The notes: generated by a model from the letters alone, not told the origin. DNA of 64,000 nt from Alphaproteobacteria bacterium (GCA_965220745.1 CBDCQT010000013.1:736001-800000), one strand, 5' to 3'; shown: positions 9,440-19,225, numbered from the stretch's first letter. Translations and numbers: made by a program.

Positions 9440-10416
9440 CCGCGCAGGACGAGCGCGGCGCGGCGCGGCAGCAGGGCCACCTCGTCGGACGCCAGCCCGT
9501 CGCGGACGTAGGGGCGGGCCGAACGGGGCCGGAAGTTCATGGTCCAGGCGTCGGCGAGCGAGAGCGACACGACGACATCGCCGAAGGAGGCGTGGTCGGC
9601 GTGCATGCCGATCCCCTGGCCGGGCCGGTACTCGTTGACGATGCACTGCTCGGGCATGGCCCCGTCGAAGAAGGGGCTGAGGCGCTCGCCGATCACGCTG
9701 GCCCAGCGCGGGAAGGGTGCGGCAGGGTCGTGCCGGCCAGTGCCGCGCTGCCGGTAATCGTAGCGGAAGCCGTAGTGCTGAACGCGGCGGCTGAGGTCGG
9801 TCATCCAGGGCGCTTGGGAGATGCGCAGCAGGATGCGCTCTTCCTCGGCCTCGGTGACGATGTCGGGCACCAGCGTGGCGCCATGGTCGAAGATGCTCGT
9901 GGTGTCGGTAGTCATCGTCTCTCTCTCCTCCCGTAAGCGGACGCCCGCACCTGCGCACGGCTCCGCCTCTGGCGCCGGTTCGAGAACGATGACCGTGCCC
10001 GCGATGTCCGCGAGGCAGGCGGTGATGAGGGGGCGCACCGCGCACCAGTCGAGACCGCCCAGGCCGCACCCGAGCGGCGGGATGGCGATGGAGCCGATGC
10101 CGTGGCTCGCGAGGGTTGCGGGGAGGCCGCGAAGCCCGGCCTCGATGTCGCCGATCGCGCTGCGGTCGCGCCAGTGACGCTTGGTGGGGAAGTGGACGAT
10201 CCAGCGGGGGCTGTCGCGGCCGGTGTCGAACATGAAGATGCGGCCCGGCCGCAGCCGGCGCTCGGCGCAGGCGCGGCGGTAGGCTTGGAAGGCGTCGGGG
10301 TGGCGGCGCCTGAACTCGAGGGCGAGGCCGGCGCCTGCGACGCCGACGCAGTTGACGGGATTGACGACGGCCTCGGCAGGCTGGGCGAAGATGTCGCCGT
10401 GCGTGAAACGGATCAT
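9340..10416 (-). CDS. DarG-type macrodomain fused to AlkB-family 2OG-Fe(II) dioxygenase
   Basis: Macro: GDIF...VNPVNCVGVAGAGLA...HFPTKRHW...PPLGCGLGGLDW. AlkB: RRVQHYGFRYDY, NEYRPGQGIGMHAD, WMHGI, RLSATFR. In-frame internal ATG 9915 with strong RBS. Confidence 0.88.
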   Translation of the reverse strand: MIRFTHGDIFAQPAEAVVNPVNCVGVAGAGLALEFRRRHPDAFQAYRRACAERRLRPGRIFMFDTGRDSPRWIVHFPTKRHWRDRSAIGDIEAGLRGLPATLASHGIGSIAIPPLGCGLGGLDWCAVRPLITACLADIAGTVIVLEPAPEAEPCAGAGVRLREERETMTTDTTSIFDHGATLVPDIVTEAEEERILLRISQAPWMTDLSRRVQHYGFRYDYRQRGTGRHDPAAPFPRWASVIGERLSPFFDGAMPEQCIVNEYRPGQGIGMHADHASFGDVVVSLSLADAWTMNFRPRSARPYVRDGLASDEVALLPRRAALVLRGPARSAWMHGIDPAANASRDATRLSATFRTLRS

Positions 10417-10446
10417 GGCATGCTCCCATCTTCCAGGGGGGACGGA

Positions 10447-10992
10447 TCAAGCTGGACGGGTGCCGGTGGATGACGCGGCGCGGATCTCCTCCAGGCGCTC
10501 GCACACGGCACGTGGGTGGAGCACACCGAGGTTCAGCACGGGAATGCCGTAGTGCCGGGCGACGCGGATACCCATCCCGGTGCCGCCGCTCGGCAGTCCG
10601 TCCCGAGTCCAGCATGCGACGGCGTCGACCGGTACGTCGGTATCCGCTGCGAGGATGCTCACGTTCCGGGCGTGGAGCTTGCGCGCAGCGGGCGAGCAGC
10701 GGTGCCACGCGGGATGCAGAGCGGCGGCGATGGCGAGGCAGGTGTGCATACGATCCCGTGAGAGGGTGCGGCAGTCGGGTCCCCGGCAGCCGCGATACCC
10801 GGGCCACGGCAGGAACACGGTGCGGCGCTCGGCCGGGGCTCCCGCTGCGAATGCGGAGTCGGCCCCGGCAGCACCGCCGGAGTGAAGGTGCCATCCGCGG
10901 CGCGCGAGCCAGGTGGCCATGGTGGTCATATCGCGGAGTGTCTCCGGGGGCGTGGCGCGCGATCCGATGCCGGCATAGACGAGCTGTGTCAT
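10447..10992 (-). CDS. SLOG-superfamily (DprA-like, phage-type) protein
   Basis: YAGIGSRATP...LHSGGAAGADSAF...LHARN...GGTGMGIRVA...IPVLNL; GGAGAGGA RBS. Confidence 0.8.
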   Translation of the reverse strand: MTQLVYAGIGSRATPPETLRDMTTMATWLARRGWHLHSGGAAGADSAFAAGAPAERRTVFLPWPGYRGCRGPDCRTLSRDRMHTCLAIAAALHPAWHRCSPAARKLHARNVSILAADTDVPVDAVACWTRDGLPSGGTGMGIRVARHYGIPVLNLGVLHPRAVCERLEEIRAASSTGTRPA

Positions 10993-11268
10993 GGTCCTCT
11001 CCTCCCTCCGATGACTTCACTCGAGAGAGGCTCGTCTCGGACTCTCCTTCCGGGTGCCGGATGTGGCGGTGGCGCCGGCGCCGGAGGCTCTGCCCTTGAG
11101 CGTGGCGGAAGCCGCCGGCTCGTGGGGCAGGTGCGGTCCGGCCGGTTCACGGATCGGCCGCGCCTGCGCGTAGGAGCCGGATCGAGAAGGCGCGGGATGA
11201 GCGCACCGGTTGGGGGGGGAGCGGGCAGAGCCCGGCAGGGAGGGTGCGTCAGCCCGGGCGGAAGCCGT

Positions 11269-11661
11269 TCATGTGGTGCGATCCAGGAAGGCGCGCGGAG
11301 AGAGCACCTCGACTGTCGCGTATCGCGGCTCGGTGAAGTCGCGTGTGTTGCCGGTGATCAGAACGGCGCTGCCGGCCAGGGCGGTCGCGAGATAGATCTC
11401 GTCGTCAGGATCTCGCAGGCCGAACAGGGTATCGGCCGGCTCGACGATGACGGCGAGCCGCTCGATCTCCTGGATGACGGCCAGCAGGGCCTGGCGATAT
11501 GCGGCCTGCCTGGGCCGGTCGGCGACGTGAACGTACTCCGCCAGGACTGGTTCGGAGAGGACGATATCGTGGTGCCGCACCACCCTGTCGACGACAGCCC
11601 GGCAGGTGCCGTCGACGCGCGCCGCCGACACGATGACGTTGCAGTCGAGGACGACGTTCAT
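11269..11661 (-). CDS. PIN-domain toxin
   Basis: MNVVLDCNVIVSA...RDPDDEIYLATA...LITGNTRDF. Confidence 0.88.
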   Translation of the reverse strand: MNVVLDCNVIVSAARVDGTCRAVVDRVVRHHDIVLSEPVLAEYVHVADRPRQAAYRQALLAVIQEIERLAVIVEPADTLFGLRDPDDEIYLATALAGSAVLITGNTRDFTEPRYATVEVLSPRAFLDRTT

Positions 11662-11951
11662 GTGTCACGGCTGCGGCGGTCCCGGCGCGAATCGGCGATG
11701 TCGGCGATGGTGTCTTCCATGATCTCGTCTTCGGCGCGTCCGACGTCCTCGAGCAAGGGCCGTCCGGCGGAGACCGCGGCCGCGATACGGTCGGCGGCCG
11801 CGTCGCGGTCGACCACCTGTTTGGGGCGGAAGAGGATGCCGTCGCCCATGAGGGTGGCTTCCATGATGTCGCCCTCGCGAAGATCGATGTCTTTACGCAG
11901 CCTGGCGGGAATGGTGACCTGGAACTTCGACTTGACGGTGACCAGGGGCAT
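11658..11951 (-). CDS. AbrB/MazE/SpoVT antitoxin
   Basis: VTVKSKFQVTIPARLRKDIDLREGD; ATGA overlap with the PIN gene. Confidence 0.88.
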   Translation of the reverse strand: MPLVTVKSKFQVTIPARLRKDIDLREGDIMEATLMGDGILFRPKQVVDRDAAADRIAAAVSAGRPLLEDVGRAEDEIMEDTIADIADSRRDRRSRDT

Positions 11952-12110
11952 GGGGTCCTCGCGCGGGCAGAGTTGGAATTTCCGACATTCATACCGGTGG
12001 GCGGCGCCGACGGCAAGGGGACGGCGCGCTGCGGCGCTTGTGGAGGCCCGGGAATTCGCCGGAGGCGCGTCCGGAGGTCTTGGATTGGGTAATGGGTGCT
12101 GAGATCGGGC

Positions 12111-12371
12111 TCAGTGAAGCGGTGGGTCGCCCCGGCCGGCGGCCATGGACCGCGCGACCAGTCGGCTCCATGCCTCCCGATCCAGCCCAAGCCTGGCGTT
12201 CAGGCGATCGCACAGCCGTTCCGCATCTGCGAGCGTCAAGGCTACGAGAGCTGTGGGTATGTAGCCCGTCATGTTCTCGAAGACGATGCGGATCTGCTGG
12301 GGCTCGTCGGGCAGCTCATAGGCCGGTGCGAAGGCGAAGACCGGCTCCTCGGGAAGCTCGTGCGTGGTCAT
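12111..12371 (-). CDS. small hypothetical protein (paralog of 62479-62727)
   Basis: MTTHELP...IPTALVALTLADAERLCDRLNARLGLDREAW; AAGGA RBS; supported by an in-window paralog. Confidence 0.65.
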   Translation of the reverse strand: MTTHELPEEPVFAFAPAYELPDEPQQIRIVFENMTGYIPTALVALTLADAERLCDRLNARLGLDREAWSRLVARSMAAGRGDPPLH

Positions 12372-12465
12372 GGAAGGAATCCTTGTTGCGGTGGGGCGGA
12401 GCGGCCCGCGCGACGGCGGGCGGCAACGTGAGGCGACCAGCGGATCGACGCCGCAGGCGGGGCGG

Positions 12466-15400
12466 TCAGGACGTCTCGGGCGCCGCGACGGGCCAGCGGT
12501 CCACGATGCGCTCCAGGGTTTCGCGGTCGGGCGCGAACAGTCGGGTGCGCCACGAGACGATTTCGGCGATGCAGCCCATGCGCTTGAGCGCGTCGGTGTC
12601 GCTGTCCGAGGGACCTTCGATCTCGATGCGGAAGACCCCCATGAGGCGGCGGCGCGCAAGCTTCCAGCCGTTGGAGAGATGGAAGGAGGCACCGCATTTC
12701 ATGATCTCGTCGTGAACCTCGGCGGCGGTGAGGCCGGGGCCGCCGTCGAGACCGAGGGCGGCGCGGAACTCGCCGAGCTCGGCGGGGCCGAGGATGCGGC
12801 CGATCAGGTGCTCCCCATCATCGGCGACGAGGCGCCGGACGCGCATGCTCTCGTCGGGCAGCCGGTCCCAGATCGGCAGCAGCAGGCCCGCAACCAGCCA
12901 GAATCGGGACTCGCGGTGGGACGGCAGGCCGGCGATCTCGGTGTCCCAGACCATGCGCCAGCGATCCTCGTCCGCATCCCGCCATTGCGATGCGTCGAGG
13001 GCCTTCTGCGCCATGGTCTCGCGGACTGCGGGACGCACCAGGCGCACGCGCTCCTGCACGCCCCCGTCGTCGAGCGTGCGCGAGGGCGCGGACATCACGA
13101 GTGCGGCGCGGCCGGATTGCGCGTTGACCATGAGGCGGGGCCTGCCGCTGGAGGTCTGGGAGTGAACCGAGAGCGCCCCGTCGGCGGTGAGCGGCTCCAG
13201 CCTGTCCTTGCGCGCGATCTCGACGATCTCGGTCTCGGCGCCGGAGCCCTCGTGCGTGAACACGGACTCGCGTGAGGCGACGGAGATCGAGTCGGCGGCG
13301 ATGGTCTCGACGCCGCGCTCGAAAGTGCCGGCCTCGATCGCGATCTCGATGTTGGCCTCGATCCGGGTCTCGAGCGCGGCAAAGAGCTGGTTCTGCTCGT
13401 CGATGGGGAGGGCCAGCAGCCGGTTGAGGAACTGCGGCATAGGCGGCAGGTCCTCCTTCAGGTTGCCCTCCCAGGTGAGCTTGAGCCCGGTGGCCTCTTC
13501 GAAGTCCTTGATGGACCAGCCCTCGATGTGGCCGTGCGAGAGGGCGATGTAGAACTGGCGCAACGCCGATTTGGCGTAGAGGCTCTCCAGGTTGTCGCTG
13601 GCCCTGAACAGCGCGGTGTCGTCGCCCCCCATGGCGGTCTGCGAATCCCGCTGACCCCGCGTGATCGCGCCTAAACTGTCCAGCCTCCGCGCGATGGTGG
13701 CGATGAACCTGCGCTCGCCCTTTACGTCGGTGGCGACGGGGCGGAAGAGCGGTGCAGAGGCCTGGTGCGTGCGGTGGGTCCGGCCCAGGCCCTGGATGGC
13801 CTGGTCGGCCCGCCAGCCCGGCTCCAGCAGGTAATGGATGCGGCGCTCGGTATTGGGACAGCCGAGGTCGGCGTGGTAGCTGCGGCCGATGCCGCCTGCC
13901 ATCGAGAACACCAGGATGCGCTTCTCCCCTTCCATGAAGGCGGCGGTCTCGGCGAGGTTGGCGGAGGCCGGCCGCGAGCGGAGCGCGAGGCGCTCGCCCT
14001 TCGCGTCCTCGATCCTGAGCACGCGGCGCGAGCGTCCGGTGATCTCGGCCACGGCGTCGTGCCCGAAACGGTGGACGATCTGATCCAGCGCCGACTGCAC
14101 CGGCGGCAGCGCGCCGAGTTTCTGGATCAGGGCGTCGCGCTTCGCCAGGGCCTCCTGGCACAGCACCGGGTTGTTGTCGGCGTCGAAGACGGGGCGCGAC
14201 ATGAGGTTGCCGTCGTCGTCTTCGAAGGGCTCCTGCAACTGCACCGGGAAGGCGTGCTCCAGGAAGTCGAGCACGTATTCGCGGGGCGTCAGGTCGATGG
14301 AGAGGTCGTCCCACTCGGACGCCGGGATCTCGGCGATGCGGCGCTCCATCAGCGCCTCGCCGGTGGACACCAGCTGCACCACGGCGGAGCGGCCCTCGTC
14401 GAGGTCGGCCGCGATGGCGCGGATCAGCGAGGGGCACTTCATCGAGGTCAGCAGGTGGCCGAAGAAGCGCTGCTTGGCGCCTTCGAAGGCCGAAATCGCG
14501 GCGGACTTCGCGTTCTTGTTGAGGGTGGAGTCCCCATCCACGATGCCGGTGGCCTTGAGCGTCTCCTGGATGTTCTGGTGGATGATCTTGAAGGCTCCCG
14601 CATAGGAATCGTAGATGCGCCGCTGCTCCGGCGTGAGCGGGTGCTCCAGGATGTCCACTTCCACCCCGTCGTAGGAAAGCGCGCGGGCCTGGTAGAGACC
14701 CAGGGCCTTGAGGTCGCGTGCCACCACTTCCATGGCGGCCACGCCGCCGGCCTCCATGGCGGCAACGAAGGCGGTGCGGGTCTCAAACGGCGTCTCGCCC
14801 GAGGCCCAGAGCCCGAGGCGCCGGGCATAGGCGAGGCCGGGGACGGTGGTGGCCCCGGTGGCGGAGACGTAGAGGATGCGAGCGTCGGGCAGCGCGTTCT
14901 GCAAGCGCAGTCCCGCGCGGCCCTGCTGCGACGGCCTCACCTCGCCGCGCGAGCCCTTGGACCCCGCGGCGTTGGCCATGGCGTGGGCCTCGTCGAAGAC
15001 GATGACGCCCGAGTACGCGTGGCGCTCCTCCTCGTCCTTGCCGTCCGCGAGCCAGGCCACGATCTGGTCGAGGCGCGACGGCTTCCCCTGCCGCGCGGGG
15101 GAGCGCAGCGTGGCATAGGTGGCGAACAGGATTCCCTCTGCATGGGGGATGTCGGACCCCTGGCGCAGCTTGCCGAGGGGGATCACGTCGTCCTCGCGGC
15201 CGCCGACGGCGCACCAGTCCCGGCGCGCGTCCTCCAGCAGCTTGTCGGACTGCGAGAGCCAGAGTGCGCGCTTCCGTCCCCTGAGCCACTGGTCGAGGAC
15301 GATGGCGGCGACCTGCCTGCCCTTGCCGCAGCCGGTGCCGTCGCCCAGCATCCAGCCGCGCCGGAAGCGGACCGGGTCGGACAGCGGCTCGTCGGCGTCG

Positions 15401-17019
15401 ACGATCTCAGCGTCGTCGTCCGTTTCCGGTGCAGCATCGTCGCCGTCGGCGTCGATGCGTTGCACGGTCTGCGGCACGAGTGTCTGCGGCACGAGTGTCT
15501 CCCAGCCGGCACCGATGCGGTACTCGGCGGCGAGGTGACGCTCGTGGGCCTGGCCCGCGAGAACCACGCTCTCGAGCTGCGCGTCGGAGAGCAGTCCCTC
15601 GGTCACCACCTTCTCCGGCAGCATCGGGCGGTAGGACGGCATGGGGTGCGGCACCGCCGCCATGGCGCCCGACTGCACCAGAGGCGTCGGGTGCTCGACC
15701 GCGCCCGGCATATGAATGCTTGATGCCCGCCATCGTGCGTAGGAGCCGTCGGGTTGGGCGCCCTCGGCGGGACCGCCGCCGGCCGGCACTGCCTCGTATG
15801 CGAGCTCGGCGACCTGGCCCCAGTCATGGGGCTTCGTCTCCGGCGGATGGGCGGCGGTCCCGGTGCGTCTGGCCCGCGTGGGCGGGGACCGTCTCGATGG
15901 TGCTGGCGCCTGGCCGAAGAGGTCCGCGCCCGGCACGGGCTCGATGGAACGCCGTGCCGGCACGGTGCCGGTGACCGCCTGCAAGAGGTGGCCGGCGTCG
16001 CGCACGGGATGGCCGGCATAGACCCGGGCGGGTTTGTCGCCGCCTCTGTCGAGAACGGTGAGGCGGGTGTCGAAGGTGGTGCCGCGCCGCGCATAGGCGC
16101 GGCCGTCGATGGGCGCGGTGAACACCGCATGGGCCGGCGGGTCGAGGGAGGCGAAGGCGTCTTCCCAGGCGGCATCGCCGGGGACGCAGTGCGCGGACGA
16201 GATCGCCACGAGCCGTCCGCCCGGCGGGAGCATCGAGAAAGCCGAGCGGATGTGATGCAGGTCGGCATGATGGCGGATGCGGTCCACGCCGGGGCTGGCC
16301 GAGAAGGGCGGGTTCATCAGCACCACGGTGGGCCTGAGCTCCGGGAGCCGGTCCCTGATGGACTCCGCGTTGTGGCGGGTGACCGTGCTGCCGGGAAACA
16401 GACCGGCGAGGAGGCCCGCGCGGACGGCGGCGATCTCGTTGAGGTGCAGCGCGCGGGCGCCCCCGTTGCCAATGGCAAGCTGCGCCATGACGGCGAGCAT
16501 GCCGGTGCCTGCCGACGGTTCGAGCACGACGTCGCCCGGCCGGATCATGGCCGCCTGCAGTGCGGCGTAGGCGAGCGGCAGCGGCGTCGAGAACTGCTGG
16601 TACTTGAGCTGCTCCTCCGAGCGCCTGGTCTGCGAGGGCTCCAGCGCCGCGAGGGTCTCCAGCATCCGCAGCATGGCGGCGGGTCCGCCGGGACCGGCGC
16701 CGGCTTCGCGCCGCATGGCACGGCCGTAGCGCTGGAGGAACAGCACCAGCGCTGCTTCGGCCGCCTCATAGGAGTCCTTCCAGAGCCAGGCGCCGTCCGC
16801 GTCGGAGGCGCCGAAGGCGGCCGTCATGGCCTCCCGCAGCGTGCGGGCATCCAGCTCCCGGCCGGCTTCGAGTACCGGCAGCAGGGTGCGGGCCGCGGTC
16901 AGCAGCGCGGAAGGAGTGGAATGGGACTGCAGGGCTGCGGGTTCGCCGATCGCGCTTCTGGGGCGTGCGGCGGTAGGTGGATGTGCAGGGGCGGGCGGCG
17001 CCGGGTGGGCGTCGAGCAT
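12466..17019 (-). CDS. methyltransferase-Strawberry notch helicase fusion (DarB-like architecture)
   Basis: QQFSTP, EPSAGTG, NPPF MTase motifs; LSDAQLE, GDGTGCGKGRQ, FDEAH, QGLGRTHR helicase motifs. Confidence 0.9.
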   Translation of the reverse strand: MLDAHPAPPAPAHPPTAARPRSAIGEPAALQSHSTPSALLTAARTLLPVLEAGRELDARTLREAMTAAFGASDADGAWLWKDSYEAAEAALVLFLQRYGRAMRREAGAGPGGPAAMLRMLETLAALEPSQTRRSEEQLKYQQFSTPLPLAYAALQAAMIRPGDVVLEPSAGTGMLAVMAQLAIGNGGARALHLNEIAAVRAGLLAGLFPGSTVTRHNAESIRDRLPELRPTVVLMNPPFSASPGVDRIRHHADLHHIRSAFSMLPPGGRLVAISSAHCVPGDAAWEDAFASLDPPAHAVFTAPIDGRAYARRGTTFDTRLTVLDRGGDKPARVYAGHPVRDAGHLLQAVTGTVPARRSIEPVPGADLFGQAPAPSRRSPPTRARRTGTAAHPPETKPHDWGQVAELAYEAVPAGGGPAEGAQPDGSYARWRASSIHMPGAVEHPTPLVQSGAMAAVPHPMPSYRPMLPEKVVTEGLLSDAQLESVVLAGQAHERHLAAEYRIGAGWETLVPQTLVPQTVQRIDADGDDAAPETDDDAEIVDADEPLSDPVRFRRGWMLGDGTGCGKGRQVAAIVLDQWLRGRKRALWLSQSDKLLEDARRDWCAVGGREDDVIPLGKLRQGSDIPHAEGILFATYATLRSPARQGKPSRLDQIVAWLADGKDEEERHAYSGVIVFDEAHAMANAAGSKGSRGEVRPSQQGRAGLRLQNALPDARILYVSATGATTVPGLAYARRLGLWASGETPFETRTAFVAAMEAGGVAAMEVVARDLKALGLYQARALSYDGVEVDILEHPLTPEQRRIYDSYAGAFKIIHQNIQETLKATGIVDGDSTLNKNAKSAAISAFEGAKQRFFGHLLTSMKCPSLIRAIAADLDEGRSAVVQLVSTGEALMERRIAEIPASEWDDLSIDLTPREYVLDFLEHAFPVQLQEPFEDDDGNLMSRPVFDADNNPVLCQEALAKRDALIQKLGALPPVQSALDQIVHRFGHDAVAEITGRSRRVLRIEDAKGERLALRSRPASANLAETAAFMEGEKRILVFSMAGGIGRSYHADLGCPNTERRIHYLLEPGWRADQAIQGLGRTHRTHQASAPLFRPVATDVKGERRFIATIARRLDSLGAITRGQRDSQTAMGGDDTALFRASDNLESLYAKSALRQFYIALSHGHIEGWSIKDFEEATGLKLTWEGNLKEDLPPMPQFLNRLLALPIDEQNQLFAALETRIEANIEIAIEAGTFERGVETIAADSISVASRESVFTHEGSGAETEIVEIARKDRLEPLTADGALSVHSQTSSGRPRLMVNAQSGRAALVMSAPSRTLDDGGVQERVRLVRPAVRETMAQKALDASQWRDADEDRWRMVWDTEIAGLPSHRESRFWLVAGLLLPIWDRLPDESMRVRRLVADDGEHLIGRILGPAELGEFRAALGLDGGPGLTAAEVHDEIMKCGASFHLSNGWKLARRRLMGVFRIEIEGPSDSDTDALKRMGCIAEIVSWRTRLFAPDRETLERIVDRWPVAAPETS
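15467..15500. repeat. 2x15-bp tandem repeat in frame (TLVPQ)2
   Basis: gtctgcggcacgagt twice, plus gtct. Confidence 0.95.
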
Positions 17020-17228
17020 GAGCAGGCTCCGATGACGGGGGTGCAGGAAGGGCCGCAGCGGCACGGCGCGGGGCACTGCCCTCCACGCCGCTCCGCCCGG
17101 CCAACCCCGCCTCCGCCATCCGTGCTCCTCGCGGTGGAGCGCGGTGGGGCGGTCAGGCCGCGCGGCCGGTCAGCGGCAGGAAAGTCGATCCGGGGTGGCG
17201 GACGCCGCGGGAACGGGTCAGGGACGCG

Positions 17229-17462
17229 TCAGCCGAAGCGCTCGCCCCTGGCGGCAAATGTCCACTGGTTGGCAGCGAGGGTCGCGTAATCGGGTGCGCA
17301 GCCGAACTCGTAAAGCGCCGCCGCGAGCTCGTCGATGAAGACGCCGTTGACCGCGGGCCGGTCGAACAGTTCGCGGATGACGGCGGCGGCCTCATGCGTG
17401 GGCACGCCGGCGATCGCGGCGGGGACGCACTTGACGGCGCGGCCGGTGATCCTGTGAAGCAT
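17229..17462 (-). CDS. hypothetical protein
   Basis: 77 aa, GGAGG RBS, co-oriented, fills the gap. Confidence 0.55.
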   Translation of the reverse strand: MLHRITGRAVKCVPAAIAGVPTHEAAAVIRELFDRPAVNGVFIDELAAALYEFGCAPDYATLAANQWTFAARGERFG

Positions 17463-17519
17463 GGGCGGCCTCCGTGCGGGGAGTCCGGCGCACCGGGCGG
17501 ATGACGGGGCCGGGGCGCT

Positions 17520-18263
17520 TCAGAGCAGGCCTTTTGTGCGGAAGCTGAACGCGTCGCCCGGCGCGACGACGATATGGTCGTGGAGGTCGACGTCGATGGT
17601 CTTGAGGGCGTCGCGCAGCTTGGTGGTCATCTCGACGTCCGCCCTCGACGGAGTGGGGTCGCCACTGGGGTGTTGATGTAAGACTACCAGGGCGGTGGCG
17701 CCCACCTCCAGCGCGCGAACGCAGACCTGGCGGGGATAGACTGGGGTGTGGTTGACGGTGCCGGTCTGGTGAACCTCGTCGCAGATGAGGGCGTTCTTGG
17801 TGTTCAGGAACAACAAGTGGAACACCTCGACGTCGCGGTGCGCCGCCAACGACCGGCAGTACTCGACGACTTTCTCGTAGGTCGCGAGCTGGGGATGGAT
17901 GTTCTCGGGCAGCGCGGCCCTGGCCATGGCGATGCCGAGCGCTTCGGCGGTCTTGACGGCAGCGATGCCGGCCTCGTTCAGCCCGGCGACGGTGCGCAGC
18001 GTGTCGGGACGCGCGGCGAGGACGCGGGCGGGCGAGCCGAAGGTGTCGAGCAGGACCGTTGCGAGTTGCGAGGCTTCGGCGGCGGAGTGGGATCCGGCCA
18101 GGAGGAGCAGCAGAAGTTCCCGGTCGTCGACCGCCTCGCGCCCGGCGCGGAGAAGGCGCGCGCGCAGTTCGTCGTGACCGGTGCTGGCGGGGTGCTGCGT
18201 TGCGGGCGCGGGGAACGGCGTCACGTCGCGCAGGCCGGGGGCGGGCGCATCGGAGAGACTCAT
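17520..18263 (-). CDS. radC: RadC/JAB-domain protein
   Basis: GHDELRARLL...DRELL, EVFHLLFLNTKN, GTVNHTPVYPR, HQHPSGDPTPSRAD, LHDHIVV. Confidence 0.93.
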   Translation of the reverse strand: MSLSDAPAPGLRDVTPFPAPATQHPASTGHDELRARLLRAGREAVDDRELLLLLLAGSHSAAEASQLATVLLDTFGSPARVLAARPDTLRTVAGLNEAGIAAVKTAEALGIAMARAALPENIHPQLATYEKVVEYCRSLAAHRDVEVFHLLFLNTKNALICDEVHQTGTVNHTPVYPRQVCVRALEVGATALVVLHQHPSGDPTPSRADVEMTTKLRDALKTIDVDLHDHIVVAPGDAFSFRTKGLL

Positions 18264-18634
18264 CGCCCGGCCCTCCGGAGTTTGGCCACCAGCGCATCGA
18301 TCATGTGCGCATCGGCGCCGCAGACCTGGCCCCAGCCCCGCAGGTTGCGCTCGAATTCCTCCAGCGCGCCGAGATGGGCGTTGAACAGCGGATCGTCGGA
18401 CGTGGCGGCGAGGACGGAATTGCCGGAGACGGCGATACCGGTGATCGCCGGGTCGGTGATCGGTTCCAGGACCAGCAGCCAGCACAGGAAGGCTGCGAAC
18501 ATCGGCGAGAGGTTCTCGCCCCGGCGCGGGTCCATGGGGTGCATGGCCGGGGACACTCGTGCCGGAGACACTCGTGCCGGAGACGGTGCGGGAGGCAGGT
18601 CGGGGATCGCGAGGGCGGCGTTCGTATGGGGCAT
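18260..18634 (-). CDS. hypothetical protein
   Basis: 124 aa, GGAG RBS, ATGA overlap with radC. Confidence 0.6.
   Translation of the reverse strand: MPHTNAALAIPDLPPAPSPARVSPARVSPAMHPMDPRRGENLSPMFAAFLCWLLVLEPITDPAITGIAVSGNSVLAATSDDPLFNAHLGALEEFERNLRGWGQVCGADAHMIDALVAKLRRAGR
18552..18584. repeat. 2x15-bp tandem repeat, near-identical reverse complement of 15467-15500
   Basis: gacactcgtgccgga twice, plus gac. Confidence 0.95.
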
Positions 18635-18808
18635 GGCACGGCTCCATGAAGCGGAATGGAAACGCCCCGCCGCGGGAGGAGAGACCGCGGCGGGGCGCCG
18701 AAGGAGAGCGGGAGGCGGCGCCGGAGTCCTCCAGGTTCCGCGCCGCTCGCCCGACCGGAGCCGGCCTCCGCTCCTGGCGGCGCCGGAGAGACCAGGGGGA
18801 AGGCGCGC

Positions 18809-19225
18809 TCAGTCGTCCTCGTCGAACATTATGGTGATGACGGCCCGACCCTCGTCGCCGGCGCCGCTCGCCACGATGGGGAAGTGCTTGCGGGGCGGCC
18901 GGTTGCTGTCGCGGAGGTCCTTGCGGATGTCGCGCACCAGCACGCACATGGTCACGCGGTCGCTGTTGGAGGCGCCGAGCGCGTAGTGGCGCGCCATCCA
19001 GAGCACGTCCCAGAGGCGTCCTCGCTCGTCCTGGAAGCCTCGGTAGCCCTCGGGCAAGGCGACCAGGCGGGTCCAGACGGTGCGCGTGAGCGCGACGGGG
19101 ATGTTGAAGCCCGCTTCGCGCGCGGTGTCGGAGACGTCGACGAGAATGCCGTCTTCGATCGCCTGGGCGCGTGAGTATGTGGAAATCGCGGGGCCGAATG
19201 CGGCGGTGTTGCCGGGTTCAGGCAT
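18809..19225 (-). CDS. DUF6573-like protein
   Basis: ISTYSRAQAIEDGILVDVS...AREAGF...QDERGRLWDVLWM. Confidence 0.75.
   Translation of the reverse strand: MPEPGNTAAFGPAISTYSRAQAIEDGILVDVSDTAREAGFNIPVALTRTVWTRLVALPEGYRGFQDERGRLWDVLWMARHYALGASNSDRVTMCVLVRDIRKDLRDSNRPPRKHFPIVASGAGDEGRAVITIMFDEDD

Noticed and set aside
9340-12000. complete DarTG toxin-antitoxin system
   Set aside because: No DarT-like ADP-ribosyltransferase ORF recognised beside the macrodomain or NADAR.
15467-18584. CRISPR-like array
   Set aside because: Only two adjacent units per site, no spacers, and no cas genes recognised in the window.
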